A stretch of DNA of 64,000 nt from Candidatus Latescibacterota bacterium (GTDB lineage Bacteria > Latescibacterota > UBA2968 > UBA8231): contig CBDETY010000003.1 of assembly GCA_965243025.1 (NCBI GenBank), forward strand, positions 6,464,001 to 6,528,000. The letters run 5' to 3'. Numbering within the stretch: position 1 is the first letter of the stretch; each line of letters opens with the position of its first letter. Below, one piece after another: positions 31,136-40,590 of this stretch. The position numbers and the translations under genes are program-made. The notes beneath the pieces were generated by a model, which saw only the letters and a program-made list of their open reading frames with translations, ran no database searches and was not told where the DNA came from.

Positions 31136-32347
31136 ATGAAAGCTCGAACTCCGCTCCCTCTGGCCTGCAAAATCCCTGTTGCCGGTCTGCTCGTGCTGTC
31201 CGGCCTCTTTTTCCATGCCCGCCCCGCTTCGGGGCAGACGCAGGAAGCGTGTCCACTTCCTCCCGACGTGGCGCCTCCTGCGGATCCGCGTGTGACGGCG
31301 CAACAGGTGGAAGACGGCAGCGCCAGCCTGATGGACTTCGCGCTGGTGGCAAGGGACCGCTTGCTGAGTGATTCGGTGAAATTGAGGCAGGGAGAAACGA
31401 CGCTGGAACAGGTAACGCATTTCGGATGCCTCATGCGGCAGGAAGGAAGTCCCTGGTATTCTTCTTCCACCTACCTTGTGCAACTGACCCCCGACAGCAG
31501 GGTGCTTATACACGGCAAGGACATGGCCTTGTCGGGCCGGCTGCTCAAGCCCTCGGTATACGCAGCGATCCTGCAAGCGCTGGGCATCGACGTGGCCGAC
31601 TTGCTCAGCGGCCCGGCCACGGCCGTGGCCGCTTTCGCGGCGGCCGCCGAAGGCCAGGGCGGCCCGTTTGAGATCCCCCCGGATGCGGCCGGCTACGCCA
31701 GCGTCTATCTGTCGGCCAATTTCCAAGTCCCTATCGTGCTGCTGGCCGGGTTCGATCTGGACGAAACCCACCTGGCCGAAGAAGACATCGAATACGGCGA
31801 CCCGGCGGTTACGGCAGAGCAGGTAGTGGACCGGGAAACCCTCAAGGCTTTTGTCACCGGAGCGATGGAGCATTTCCTCGCAAGCTACCAGGCCGGCGGC
31901 GTGGTGGCCGTCTCGAAGGTCCGAACCGCCTTCAGGGATCCGGACGGGCCTTGGCGGCATGGCTCCGTCTACCTCTACATCCTGGACCGGATCAGCAACC
32001 TGATCCTGTTCCATGCCGCTTTTCCGAACCGATTCGAGCTTCAACCGGTCGTGCCCACCGCCCGGGACGCAGTTACCGGAAAGTTCATCCTGCCGCAGGT
32101 TCTGGAAGCGGCAGCCAGCAGCCCGGAGGGTGGGTTTGTGGAGTATCACTTCGACGATCCCGACGACGACTCCGACAGCGCCGATGTTCCCAAGGTGGGG
32201 TATGCCCGCGAGTTCAAAGGGGAAATCCAGAGGGCGGACGGAAGCACCTCCCCAACCCACTACGTCATTGGCTCGGGCTTCTACTCACCCGGTCCGACCA
32301 GTATCCAGCCGGCTTCCTGGGGACAGATCAAGGATGAGCGATTTTGA
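31136..32347 (+). CDS. Secreted double Cache-like protein, paralog of 29264..31057, with short TSIQPASWGQIK tail
   Basis: Same signal peptide and N-terminus; RDPDGPWRHGSVYLYILD..GGFVEYHF..KVGYAREF. Confidence 0.72.
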   Translation: MKARTPLPLACKIPVAGLLVLSGLFFHARPASGQTQEACPLPPDVAPPADPRVTAQQVEDGSASLMDFALVARDRLLSDSVKLRQGETTLEQVTHFGCLMRQEGSPWYSSSTYLVQLTPDSRVLIHGKDMALSGRLLKPSVYAAILQALGIDVADLLSGPATAVAAFAAAAEGQGGPFEIPPDAAGYASVYLSANFQVPIVLLAGFDLDETHLAEEDIEYGDPAVTAEQVVDRETLKAFVTGAMEHFLASYQAGGVVAVSKVRTAFRDPDGPWRHGSVYLYILDRISNLILFHAAFPNRFELQPVVPTARDAVTGKFILPQVLEAAASSPEGGFVEYHFDDPDDDSDSADVPKVGYAREFKGEIQRADGSTSPTHYVIGSGFYSPGPTSIQPASWGQIKDERF

Positions 32348-32525
32348 GGACTCCTTTCCTTGGCGTTGATATCACAGTAACGGCAGCCAGACCGGAAATG
32401 AAGACAAGAAAACGGGTATCGTCCTGTGGTGGTGGTGTCCCGAGTTGGAAGATCCAGATCCCAATACCGCAGATAACTTTTTCCCGAATCGATTTGGGGA
32501 TTTTAGCGTGCCTTTTCTGTGCTGA

Positions 32526-33107
32526 ATGAGAACTATTTTGATTTTCATAGTTTCTACACTATTAATTAACCTCAGCTTTGGAGCTGGAGATTTAATTGAG
32601 ACAACGTTTAAAGATTTTGAACGGCTTGAGATTTATTTGAAGGATGATTCTCCCGAAGACGGCAGGAAAGGCGGAGCGCTTTTCGCCTTCGAGCTTCGAA
32701 TCTATGATTTTCAGAAAAATGAAACAAAATACACCGAACTTGATACTTACCCCTTAGTCGAAGGAGCGTTTTTCATTCAGGGAGGATTTCAGAAAGCAGG
32801 GTATTTGGCCGCTGACGGGGCGGAGGAGATCTATTTGCTTTTTGATTTTGAAGACCTGAATTACACCGGACCTGAGCCCAGCGAGGTGAATCGGATGGTT
32901 ATCGAGTTGTCGGTGGCTAATGATTACTCTATCGAAGTTTTCCTGAACGGGATGCCGGAATGGGAGGTTAGCGCTTTTGGGAATGTAAAAGACCTATCCA
33001 ATAAAACTGTCGTCCTTTTGGAGATTGTCCCAAAGGCAGAAGACACCTCTATTGAAGCCCTGTCCTGGGCGGGGATAAAGAACGCCTTCAATAATGCAGG
33101 CCCCTGA
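32526..33107 (+). CDS. Hypothetical secreted protein (AT-rich) with TSIEALSWAGIK tail
   Basis: 193-aa ORF; signal peptide MRTILIFIVSTLLINLSFG|A; markedly lower GC than its flanks. Confidence 0.75.
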   Translation: MRTILIFIVSTLLINLSFGAGDLIETTFKDFERLEIYLKDDSPEDGRKGGALFAFELRIYDFQKNETKYTELDTYPLVEGAFFIQGGFQKAGYLAADGAEEIYLLFDFEDLNYTGPEPSEVNRMVIELSVANDYSIEVFLNGMPEWEVSAFGNVKDLSNKTVVLLEIVPKAEDTSIEALSWAGIKNAFNNAGP

Positions 33108-33247
33108 CCTCGGCCTCATCCCCGGCTGTGTCCCGTGAGGGCTTGCGGGGAACACCTCGTGCAGGCTCTCTCGGGCCTCCCGTTTCCATTGCGCAATAAA
33201 GTTGGGATGCAGGTTATGGTTGGCAGCGACTCGGCCATCCGGCTGGC

Positions 33248-35855
33248 GACGTCTCCCCCCTCGCGGGGGACGACCTGGTCGATTACGTCCGGAACACCTC
33301 CGTCGACTGTCTCGGGCGCACTCTCCTTATCGTCGACAACCCGTCGATAAGAGCCGACGTACCCACCATCTTCAGCAATGCCAACATGCAGTCGGTGCTC
33401 GCGGGAATCGAAGAGTCGGCCGCGGCATACGACGGGACCAACGGCACCGGGATGCTGCAGCTCTGGCGTTTCGTCCAGATCGGCTACAACTACCACAGGT
33501 ATTTCCCGGAAGAGTCCGGGGTGGGACGGTTCGATGCGGCGACCGACCGCGCCTACCTCGCCGCGTCGGACGCCTTTGCGGGCGCCGACCAATTCAATGG
33601 CCCCAACGACGAGGCCGCCCAGATCTTGTACTACTACTTCGAGGTTGCATTCGCCGCCGGGCTGCGGCCAAATCACCTGCCGCCGATCAAACAGGTTCTG
33701 TCCGGGTTTACACCGGAACGGGCAGCCAGCGAGTCGGAGATATGCCGGGAGGAGGACGGGGGTGTTCGATATTGCGATGTAGTTGCTCCCCAGCGCTGGG
33801 CCTTCGAGACGGTATTGCGCCGGGTAGTGGGATCCTTTGTCGACAGAGACGAAGGAATCATCGCACACGGGGACTTCCATCAAGCCCTGGAACAGGACCC
33901 GGAATTCGTCGACGTCATCCTGAAGGTGACACGCTACGACTTTTACTTTCTCGTTGAAGAAACAATCCCTTTACCCCGCGGCTGCGCTTTTTGGAAAGGG
34001 CCATCCGGATACTCGTCCGGTTGGCCTGGATGGACAGCCTGAGGGAACCCGCGGTCGCGGCGTTAACCTCCGTTCTCTCCTGGCACGAGCGTCTCAGCAG
34101 TCCCTTTCTGGTCGCGGCCAAGGCCCTGGAAGATCTGGTCGACTGCGAGAGCCTGAACATCTGCCGGGAAGCGCTGGAGAGGGAAATTCTCGCCCAGGCT
34201 GTTCCCAACACCTATCCCTTCGACGACGGTGCCATCCTGTTTCAGACTTCCCTGGACCAGGAGGAAGTGGAGCCTTGGTACTACGAACTCAAGCAGGTGC
34301 AGGCCCAGTTCCACCGTCTTGTTGAAACCGATGAGGTCGTAGAGGAGGACAGGGACGTTTTCACCGCCAGGATCTACGACACCCGGTTGGATTACACGCC
34401 GTTTGAAGCATACCTGACCGGCGCGGACACCAGGGGCATTCACAGTGGGGGTGCCTATGGCGGCGGCCTCATGCGCACCTACCTGGAATGGGTACCCGGG
34501 GAAGCCAAAGACGGTTTTGAGGAGACACTTCGGCACGAGTACGCGCACTATCTGGCCGACCGCTTCGGACTGCAGAACTTTGACCCCTGGTTCAATGAAG
34601 GGTTGGCCGAGTTCCTGGTCGGCAGCACCCAGGCCGAGGGCGTGCGCCGTGGATGTGGATTGGGTGCCGCCGCAGGTGGACCTGGAAACCATTCTGATCA
34701 ACGACAGCGGTGATTTGCGCGCGAACATGAATAGATCCCTCAACCTGTTCGTGGGTCTGCGCTTTTCTGACGAAGTGGCTTCCAACGTCGTGTTGACCTG
34801 GACCGCCAGCATGCCTTTACGCCTGGAGGAAGCCCAGAGGTATGACACTGCTTCCCAGTGCGTAATTGTCGCAACAACCGAAACGACTGGCACTTTCGAC
34901 TGCGGCCAGGTCCTGGATGGGGAACCGGGCCTGGTTATCACGATGCTTTTCACCCCGTTGCAGCCGGGCCTGCTCGATTTCTCCGTTGAATTCTCCGCGG
35001 ACGAAGAAGAGATCGAGCCCGCCAACAATATCCAGGTGCTTCGAGGTCTGGTGATCGCCCCGGACCCGAACAATCCTCCCCGGACTCTGACGAAGCTGTC
35101 CGGCGACAGTCAGGAGGAGCTGCCCCGCGAAGATCTTCCCCAACCCCTTACTGTGTCCGTGCTGGATCGGAACGGTTCGGCCTTTGCCGGGGCGATCGTC
35201 ACCTTCCAAGTCGCTTCGGGCGATGGGACACTTTCGGTGGAAACCGCCGTTACCGACACCGGCGGCCTCGCGGCAAGCACCCTGACCCTGGGAGTCCAGC
35301 CGGGAGAAAACACCGTCACCGTATCGGTGGCCGGCCTCGATCCGGTGACCTTCACCGCCACCGCAAAGGTTACCACCGACTTCGACGGCGACGGCGAGAC
35401 CGGCTTCTCCGACTTCTTCCTGTTCGCAGACGCCTTCGGCACCAGCGATCCCCGCTTCGACCTCGACAGCAGCGGCAGCGTCGACCTCGGCGACTTCTTC
35501 CTGCTGGCCGACCACTTCGGAAGATCCTGCCCGCGGCAAGCTGCTCGTCCTTGCCCGGGAGATGATCGGACTGCCCGACGGACCCCAGCTGCAGCAGAAC
35601 GCCCCTAACCCCTTCAACAGCCGTACCGTCATCTCCTGGTTTCAGCTGCGGTCGGGTCCTGCCCGAGTGGAGGTGTTCGCCCTGACCGGGCAGCGGGTGG
35701 CGGTGGTGCACCGGGAGCCCACAAAGGCCGGAATCCATCGGGTTCACTGGGACGGCCGCGACGACCAGGGCCGTCCCCTGGCCAGCGGGGTCTACCTGTA
35801 CCGGCTGGTTTCCGACCACGGGATTCAGACGCGCAAGCTCACCATGTTGAAATGA
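33248..35855 (+). pseudogene. Disrupted M9 collagenase-like gene with Big_1-like, EF-hand/dockerin-like and FlgD/T9SS-like domains
   Basis: M9_N-like DDLVDYVRNTSVDC..MQSV..YDG..FVQIGY; HEYAHYL..WFNEGLAE; DFDGDGETGFSDF; NAPNPFNS; frame changes near 33961, 34650 and 35520; no in-frame start for the first ~46 codons (TAA at 33197). Confidence 0.75.
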
Positions 35856-36028
35856 ACGGACAGAGTCCGAAACGCTCCTCCGGCGCAGCCACCATGACCG
35901 GGGGTCTTGCCGTCTTGCTGCTTGCTCCCGGTGTGCGAGCGGCCGCGCCTGAACTGTCGGTAGTGTAACCACCCCAAAAAAACCCTTGCGAGTGATAACT
36001 GATGTCGTTGTCTCAGCACCCGCTTCCG

Positions 36029-36946
36029 TCAAGGGCGTGGATGGTAGCTGCGGTGGACCTCGAGAAGGCGGTGGTCGGAGCGCCGCGCGTAGACCCGGGT
36101 CGTGGTGATCCGGGCGTGGCCGAGAAGCAGCTGGACGTCCTGCAGCGGGGCCCCTCCGTCGAGGAGATGGCTGGCGAAGCTGTGGCGCAGCACCGCGGGG
36201 CTGACACGGCGGGTTATTCCGGCGGCATCGGCGGCGGCGCGGAGGATCTTCCACACCCCCATGCGCGACAGCGGGCGTCCCGCGGAGTTGACGAAGAACG
36301 CCGGGCAGTCGGTGCGGGTCACCAGGCCGGGACGGCCGCGTTCCAGGTAGCGGCCCAGGGCGAGGACCGCCTGCCGTCCGAGGGGAACGGCGCGCGGCCT
36401 GCCGCCGGCGCGGACGCGGACCAGCGCCTCGTCGAGCTGCAGCCAGGAGCGCTCGAGCGCGATCAGTTCCGACACCCGCAACCCCGCGGCGTAGAGGAGC
36501 TCGAGAATGGCGCGGTTTCTCAGTTCGAGCGGGGAGTCTCCCCTGGCCCCGTCGAGAAGGCGCTCGGCTTCTTCCACCGACAGCACCTCCGGTGACCGGC
36601 GTTCGACTCCGGGCGCTTCGAGCACTTCCGTCGGATCGGACCGGCACACTCCCTCGAGCAGAAGAAAGCGGTGAAACCCGCGAATGCTGCTGAGGTTGCG
36701 GGCGATCGTGGCGGGGCTGAAACCGGCGTCGACGAGCTTGCCGAGGGTACGCCGCAACAGCTCTTCCGTTATCGACTGGAGGTCGGTCACGCCCCAGCAG
36801 TGGAGACCCGCCAGGTATCGCCGCAGGTCGCGGCGGTACGCCGTCCTGGTGCCGGGGGTGAGCTGCTGCCGGTCGAGGAACCGCTCCAGGACCATCTCGA
36901 AAGGCGGCGGAACCTCGCTTCCTGTCGCTGCCTCCGGCTTCGTCAT
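36029..36946 (-). CDS. xerD: XerD-like tyrosine recombinase with substituted catalytic motifs
   Basis: AYRRDL, ATIARNLSSIRGFHRFL, LYAAGLRVSEL, LRHSFASHLL..LLGH..TRVY. Confidence 0.8.
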   Translation of the reverse strand: MTKPEAATGSEVPPPFEMVLERFLDRQQLTPGTRTAYRRDLRRYLAGLHCWGVTDLQSITEELLRRTLGKLVDAGFSPATIARNLSSIRGFHRFLLLEGVCRSDPTEVLEAPGVERRSPEVLSVEEAERLLDGARGDSPLELRNRAILELLYAAGLRVSELIALERSWLQLDEALVRVRAGGRPRAVPLGRQAVLALGRYLERGRPGLVTRTDCPAFFVNSAGRPLSRMGVWKILRAAADAAGITRRVSPAVLRHSFASHLLDGGAPLQDVQLLLGHARITTTRVYARRSDHRLLEVHRSYHPRP

Positions 36947-38805
36947 CCCCGTTCCCCGGCCGCTTCCGCACCGGTGGCGGCAGCGCCCCGCAGATGGGAC
37001 TTGAGGTCGCGGGCGAGCTTGAGGCTGAACCCCTTGACCTCGGCGATCTGGTCGACCTCGGCGTCGACGATCCGCTGCACCGAGCCGAACTTCTGCAGCA
37101 GCGCGGTCCTTCGTTTGGGGCCGATCCCGGGGATTCGATCAAGCGCCGAAGTCAGGGTGCGTTTGCCGCGAAGCTTGCGGTGATAGGCCAGGGCGAAGCG
37201 GTGCGCCTCGTCCCTGAGCACCTGCAGCAGCCGCAGGCTGGCCGAAGTCCTCGGCAGCAGCAGGCTGTCCCCGGCGCCGGGCAGGAACAATTCCTCCAGC
37301 CTCTTGGCGAGGCCGACGGCCGGCTGATCGGTGAGGCCCAGCTGCCGCAAGGCCTCCACGGCGCTGGCCAGCTGTCCCTTGCCGCCGTCGATCATCAACA
37401 GGTCCGGGAGCTCCTCCCCCCGTTCCGCGAGGCCGCGGAAGCGGCGCAGGACGACCTCGCGGACGCTGGCGAAGTCGTCGGCGCCCTCGACGCCTTTCAC
37501 CCTGAAGTGGCGGTACTCGCTGCGCCTGGGCTTGCCGTCGACCATGCAGACGACCGACCCGACGCTGTCGGTGCCCTGAAAGTTGGAGATGTCTATTCCC
37601 TCGATCCGGCGCGGCGGACGCGGCAGGCCGAGGTCGCGCTGCAGGGCGGCGACCGACTGCGGGACCTGGCCCTTGCGCAGCTCCCGCTTGAGCCGGCGCT
37701 CCTCGAGGAGATGGGCGGCGTTCTCGTCCGCCATCTCCTGGGCCCTGGCCTTGATGCCCCGCCGGCTCACCGCGAGACGCACCCGGGCCCCGGCCTTGGC
37801 CGACAGCCATTCGGCGATCATGCCGGCTTCCTCGACGTCGACGCTGAGGTGGACCTGGCGCGGAGTGAAGTCGGTCTGCAGGTAGAACTGGCGCACGAAT
37901 GCCGACATGATCTCGGCGTCGGAATGCTCGATGATGCCGCTGAGGAAGTGGTGTTTCTGCCCGAGCAGGCGCCCTTCGCGAACCTCGAGGACCGCGCAGC
38001 AGGCGTCGTCGTCGCTGCGCGCCAGCCCGATCACGTCGCGGTCGACGGCTTCGTCGTACATCACCTTCTGGCGCCGCTGCATCATCTGCAGGGCCCGCAG
38101 CTGGTCGCGGCAGCGGGCGGCTCCCTCGAAGCGCAGCTCGGCGGCGGCCTTTTCCATGCGGGCCTCGAGCTCCCTGACGATCGAGGCGTTGTCCCCCTTG
38201 AGGAAGCGCACCGCCTGGTCGACGTGGCGCCGGTACTCGTCGCGGCCGGTCAGTCCCTCGCAGGGCCCCTCGCAACGCCGGATCTGGTATTCGAGGCAGA
38301 GCTTGACCTTTTCGGAAGGGAGCGGGTAATCGCAGCTCCTGACCGGGAAGATCTTGTGCATCAGCTCGAGGGCGGTGTGCATGGCGCGCACGTTGCTGTA
38401 CGGTCCGAGGTAGCGCGACCCGTCCCGGACGAGGTTGCGGGTCGCGAAGATGCGGGGGAATGCCTCGTCGGTGATGCGGATGAAGGGGTATTTCTTGTCG
38501 TCCTTGAGGTGGACGTTGTAGCGCGGACGGTGGGCCTTGATCTGGTTGGCTTCGAGAACGAGAGCCTCCTGCTCGGTCTCGGTGACGATGTAGTCGACGT
38601 CGGTTACTCTGCGCAGCAGGGCCTCGAGCCGGGGCATTCCCTGGCCGGCCCCTTCCTGGAAATAGGAGCGCACGCGGCTGCGCAGGCTCTTCGCCTTTCC
38701 GATGTACTGGTACCGCCCCTCGGCGTTCTTCATCAGGTAGACGCCGGGGCGGTGCGGGAGGGCGTCCAGCTTGAGACGCAGCTCCTGGGGCAGGGAGGAT
38801 TTCAT
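36943..38805 (-). CDS. uvrC: Excinuclease ABC subunit C
   Basis: PGVYLM..YIGKAKSLRSRVRSYF, RIEGIDISN, IDGGKGQL, LRDEAHRFA, HhH IPGIGPKR. Confidence 0.96.
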   Translation of the reverse strand: MKSSLPQELRLKLDALPHRPGVYLMKNAEGRYQYIGKAKSLRSRVRSYFQEGAGQGMPRLEALLRRVTDVDYIVTETEQEALVLEANQIKAHRPRYNVHLKDDKKYPFIRITDEAFPRIFATRNLVRDGSRYLGPYSNVRAMHTALELMHKIFPVRSCDYPLPSEKVKLCLEYQIRRCEGPCEGLTGRDEYRRHVDQAVRFLKGDNASIVRELEARMEKAAAELRFEGAARCRDQLRALQMMQRRQKVMYDEAVDRDVIGLARSDDDACCAVLEVREGRLLGQKHHFLSGIIEHSDAEIMSAFVRQFYLQTDFTPRQVHLSVDVEEAGMIAEWLSAKAGARVRLAVSRRGIKARAQEMADENAAHLLEERRLKRELRKGQVPQSVAALQRDLGLPRPPRRIEGIDISNFQGTDSVGSVVCMVDGKPRRSEYRHFRVKGVEGADDFASVREVVLRRFRGLAERGEELPDLLMIDGGKGQLASAVEALRQLGLTDQPAVGLAKRLEELFLPGAGDSLLLPRTSASLRLLQVLRDEAHRFALAYHRKLRGKRTLTSALDRIPGIGPKRRTALLQKFGSVQRIVDAEVDQIAEVKGFSLKLARDLKSHLRGAAATGAEAAGERG

Positions 38806-39191
38806 GCGCTTCCCACGTCGATGCGGGCGACTGGCCGGGGGACCGAACGGGCTCTCCGAAATATAGATACCTGAAACCCGTTCTCCACAGGCGGTCGTTC
38901 CCGGTCGGTCCGGCGGTTTCCGGCCTTTGCAGGGGCTGGAGAAATGCGGGGCCGCCGCGACCTGTGAGCGGATCCGTCCCGGTTTGGACGCGAATGGCAG
39001 GGGATGCAACCAATCGGGAGGACCTCCCGTCCGCTGGACCGGGCGCCCGCGCCTCGGAGCGGGTTCATCCGGTTATCGACGGGGATTCAATCGGGCTGTC
39101 CGGCGACTGCCGGACGACCTGCGGTCTGTGGGGACCGGCGGCCGTGCCTGCACATGAAGGGCATTTTCAGGCGGAGCCCGGCCCCCCTTCC

Positions 39192-40391
39192 TCAGCGAAA
39201 GACCTGGAGCAGGATCGTCTTGAGGTAGCGGCCTTCGGGAAAGGCGGGGTCGACCGGATGGTCGGGGGGGTGCAGGTTGCAGGCCAGGACCCGGGCCTGC
39301 ACTCGCGCTCCCGCCGCGGCGCGGCGCACGACCTGGAAGAACTCCTCCTGCGATATGCGGGTGGAGCAGGAAGAGGTCATCAGGAAACCGCCGTCGGCGG
39401 CCAGCTTCATCGCGTTGCGGTTGAGCTTGATGTAGACGCCGGTGGCGGTCTTGACGTCGCGGCTGCGGCGCACCAGGGCGGGGGGGTCGAGGACGACAGC
39501 GTCGAACCTGGGCCCGCGCTCCGACAGCTGCTCCAGCATCGGAAACAGGTCGGCGACGACCTGGCAGTGGCGCCGGGAATCTCCGCTGTTGGCGCCGACG
39601 TTCCGCGCCGCCAGTGCGGCGGCGTCCCTGGCGATGTCGACGCTGACCACGGACCGGGCGCCCCCCTTGGCGGCATGGGCGGCGAAGCCGCCGGTGTACC
39701 CGAAGCAGTCGAAGGCGGAGCGGCCTGCGGCGTAGCGCCCCAGAAGCATCCGGTTGCCGCGCTGATCGAGAAAGAAACCGGTCTTCTGCCCGCGGCGGAC
39801 GTCGACGCACAGGCTCACGGCACCCTCCCGGATCTCAATCAGCCGCGGCGGCTGCTCGCCGCGGAGGTGGCCGGAGCGGCGGTCCTTCAGGCCGTCCGCC
39901 CGCCGCGTGCCGACGTCGCTGCGCTCGTGGATCCCCCTGGGTTCGACCACCTCCTCGAGGACGTCGAGGATCTCGGAGCGCAGCAGCTCCATCCCCCAGG
40001 TGTGGAACTGCACCACGAGGTAGCCGGCGTAGTCGTCGACGACGAGGCCGGGCAGGCCGTCGTTCTCCCCGTGGACGAGACGGACCGCGTCGGTGGTGGC
40101 GGCCAGCTCGGGGTTGCCGCGGCGGACCAGGACCGACCTGCGGATCGCCCGTGCCAGGAAACCGCGGTCGATGCCGCAATCGCGATCCCTGGTCAACACG
40201 CGGACGGCGATGGTCGAGTGGGGATTGTAGTAGCCGCGGGCGACGAACCGCGATCTGAAGTCGCACACGTCGACGATTTCCCCGGGGGCGACATGTGGGG
40301 CCGCCGCAACGGCGCCGCTGTACACCCAGGGATGCCCCCTGATCAGCAGGCGTTCGCTGTTGCGGCGGAGCTCGAGTTCCGGATAGCCCAT
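39192..40391 (-). CDS. RlmI-like class I SAM-dependent rRNA methyltransferase (PUA domain)
   Basis: GHPWVY, GENDGLPGLVVD, GQKTGFFLDQR, VLDPP, SSCS, EGRYLK. Confidence 0.88.
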   Translation of the reverse strand: MGYPELELRRNSERLLIRGHPWVYSGAVAAAPHVAPGEIVDVCDFRSRFVARGYYNPHSTIAVRVLTRDRDCGIDRGFLARAIRRSVLVRRGNPELAATTDAVRLVHGENDGLPGLVVDDYAGYLVVQFHTWGMELLRSEILDVLEEVVEPRGIHERSDVGTRRADGLKDRRSGHLRGEQPPRLIEIREGAVSLCVDVRRGQKTGFFLDQRGNRMLLGRYAAGRSAFDCFGYTGGFAAHAAKGGARSVVSVDIARDAAALAARNVGANSGDSRRHCQVVADLFPMLEQLSERGPRFDAVVLDPPALVRRSRDVKTATGVYIKLNRNAMKLAADGGFLMTSSCSTRISQEEFFQVVRRAAAGARVQARVLACNLHPPDHPVDPAFPEGRYLKTILLQVFR

Positions 40392-40590
40392 GGGCAAGGT
40401 GCTCGCGTCAGTCTGAAACCAGGGGACCGCGGAAAAAGAGACGGTCCTGACGAGGGAACTGCGGTGGAGGAGGCGGTCGACGCCGCCTCCTGCCCGCGCG
40501 CGCAAGCAAGGCTGCGAACGGCGGCGGGATTCGCCCCTGCAGGCCCTATTGTCCTGTCCCGGAATCAGGCTGCAAGATATCGACGGGGCA

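Noticed and set aside
29264-32347. Diversity-generating retroelement template/variable repeat pair
   Set aside because: Mismatches are not adenine-specific, both copies are coding 5' ends, and no reverse transcriptase is present
28866-35990. att-like direct repeats (CCACC..AAAAAAAC..TGC) at both cassette ends
   Set aside because: Short, gapped and low complexity; consistent with chance
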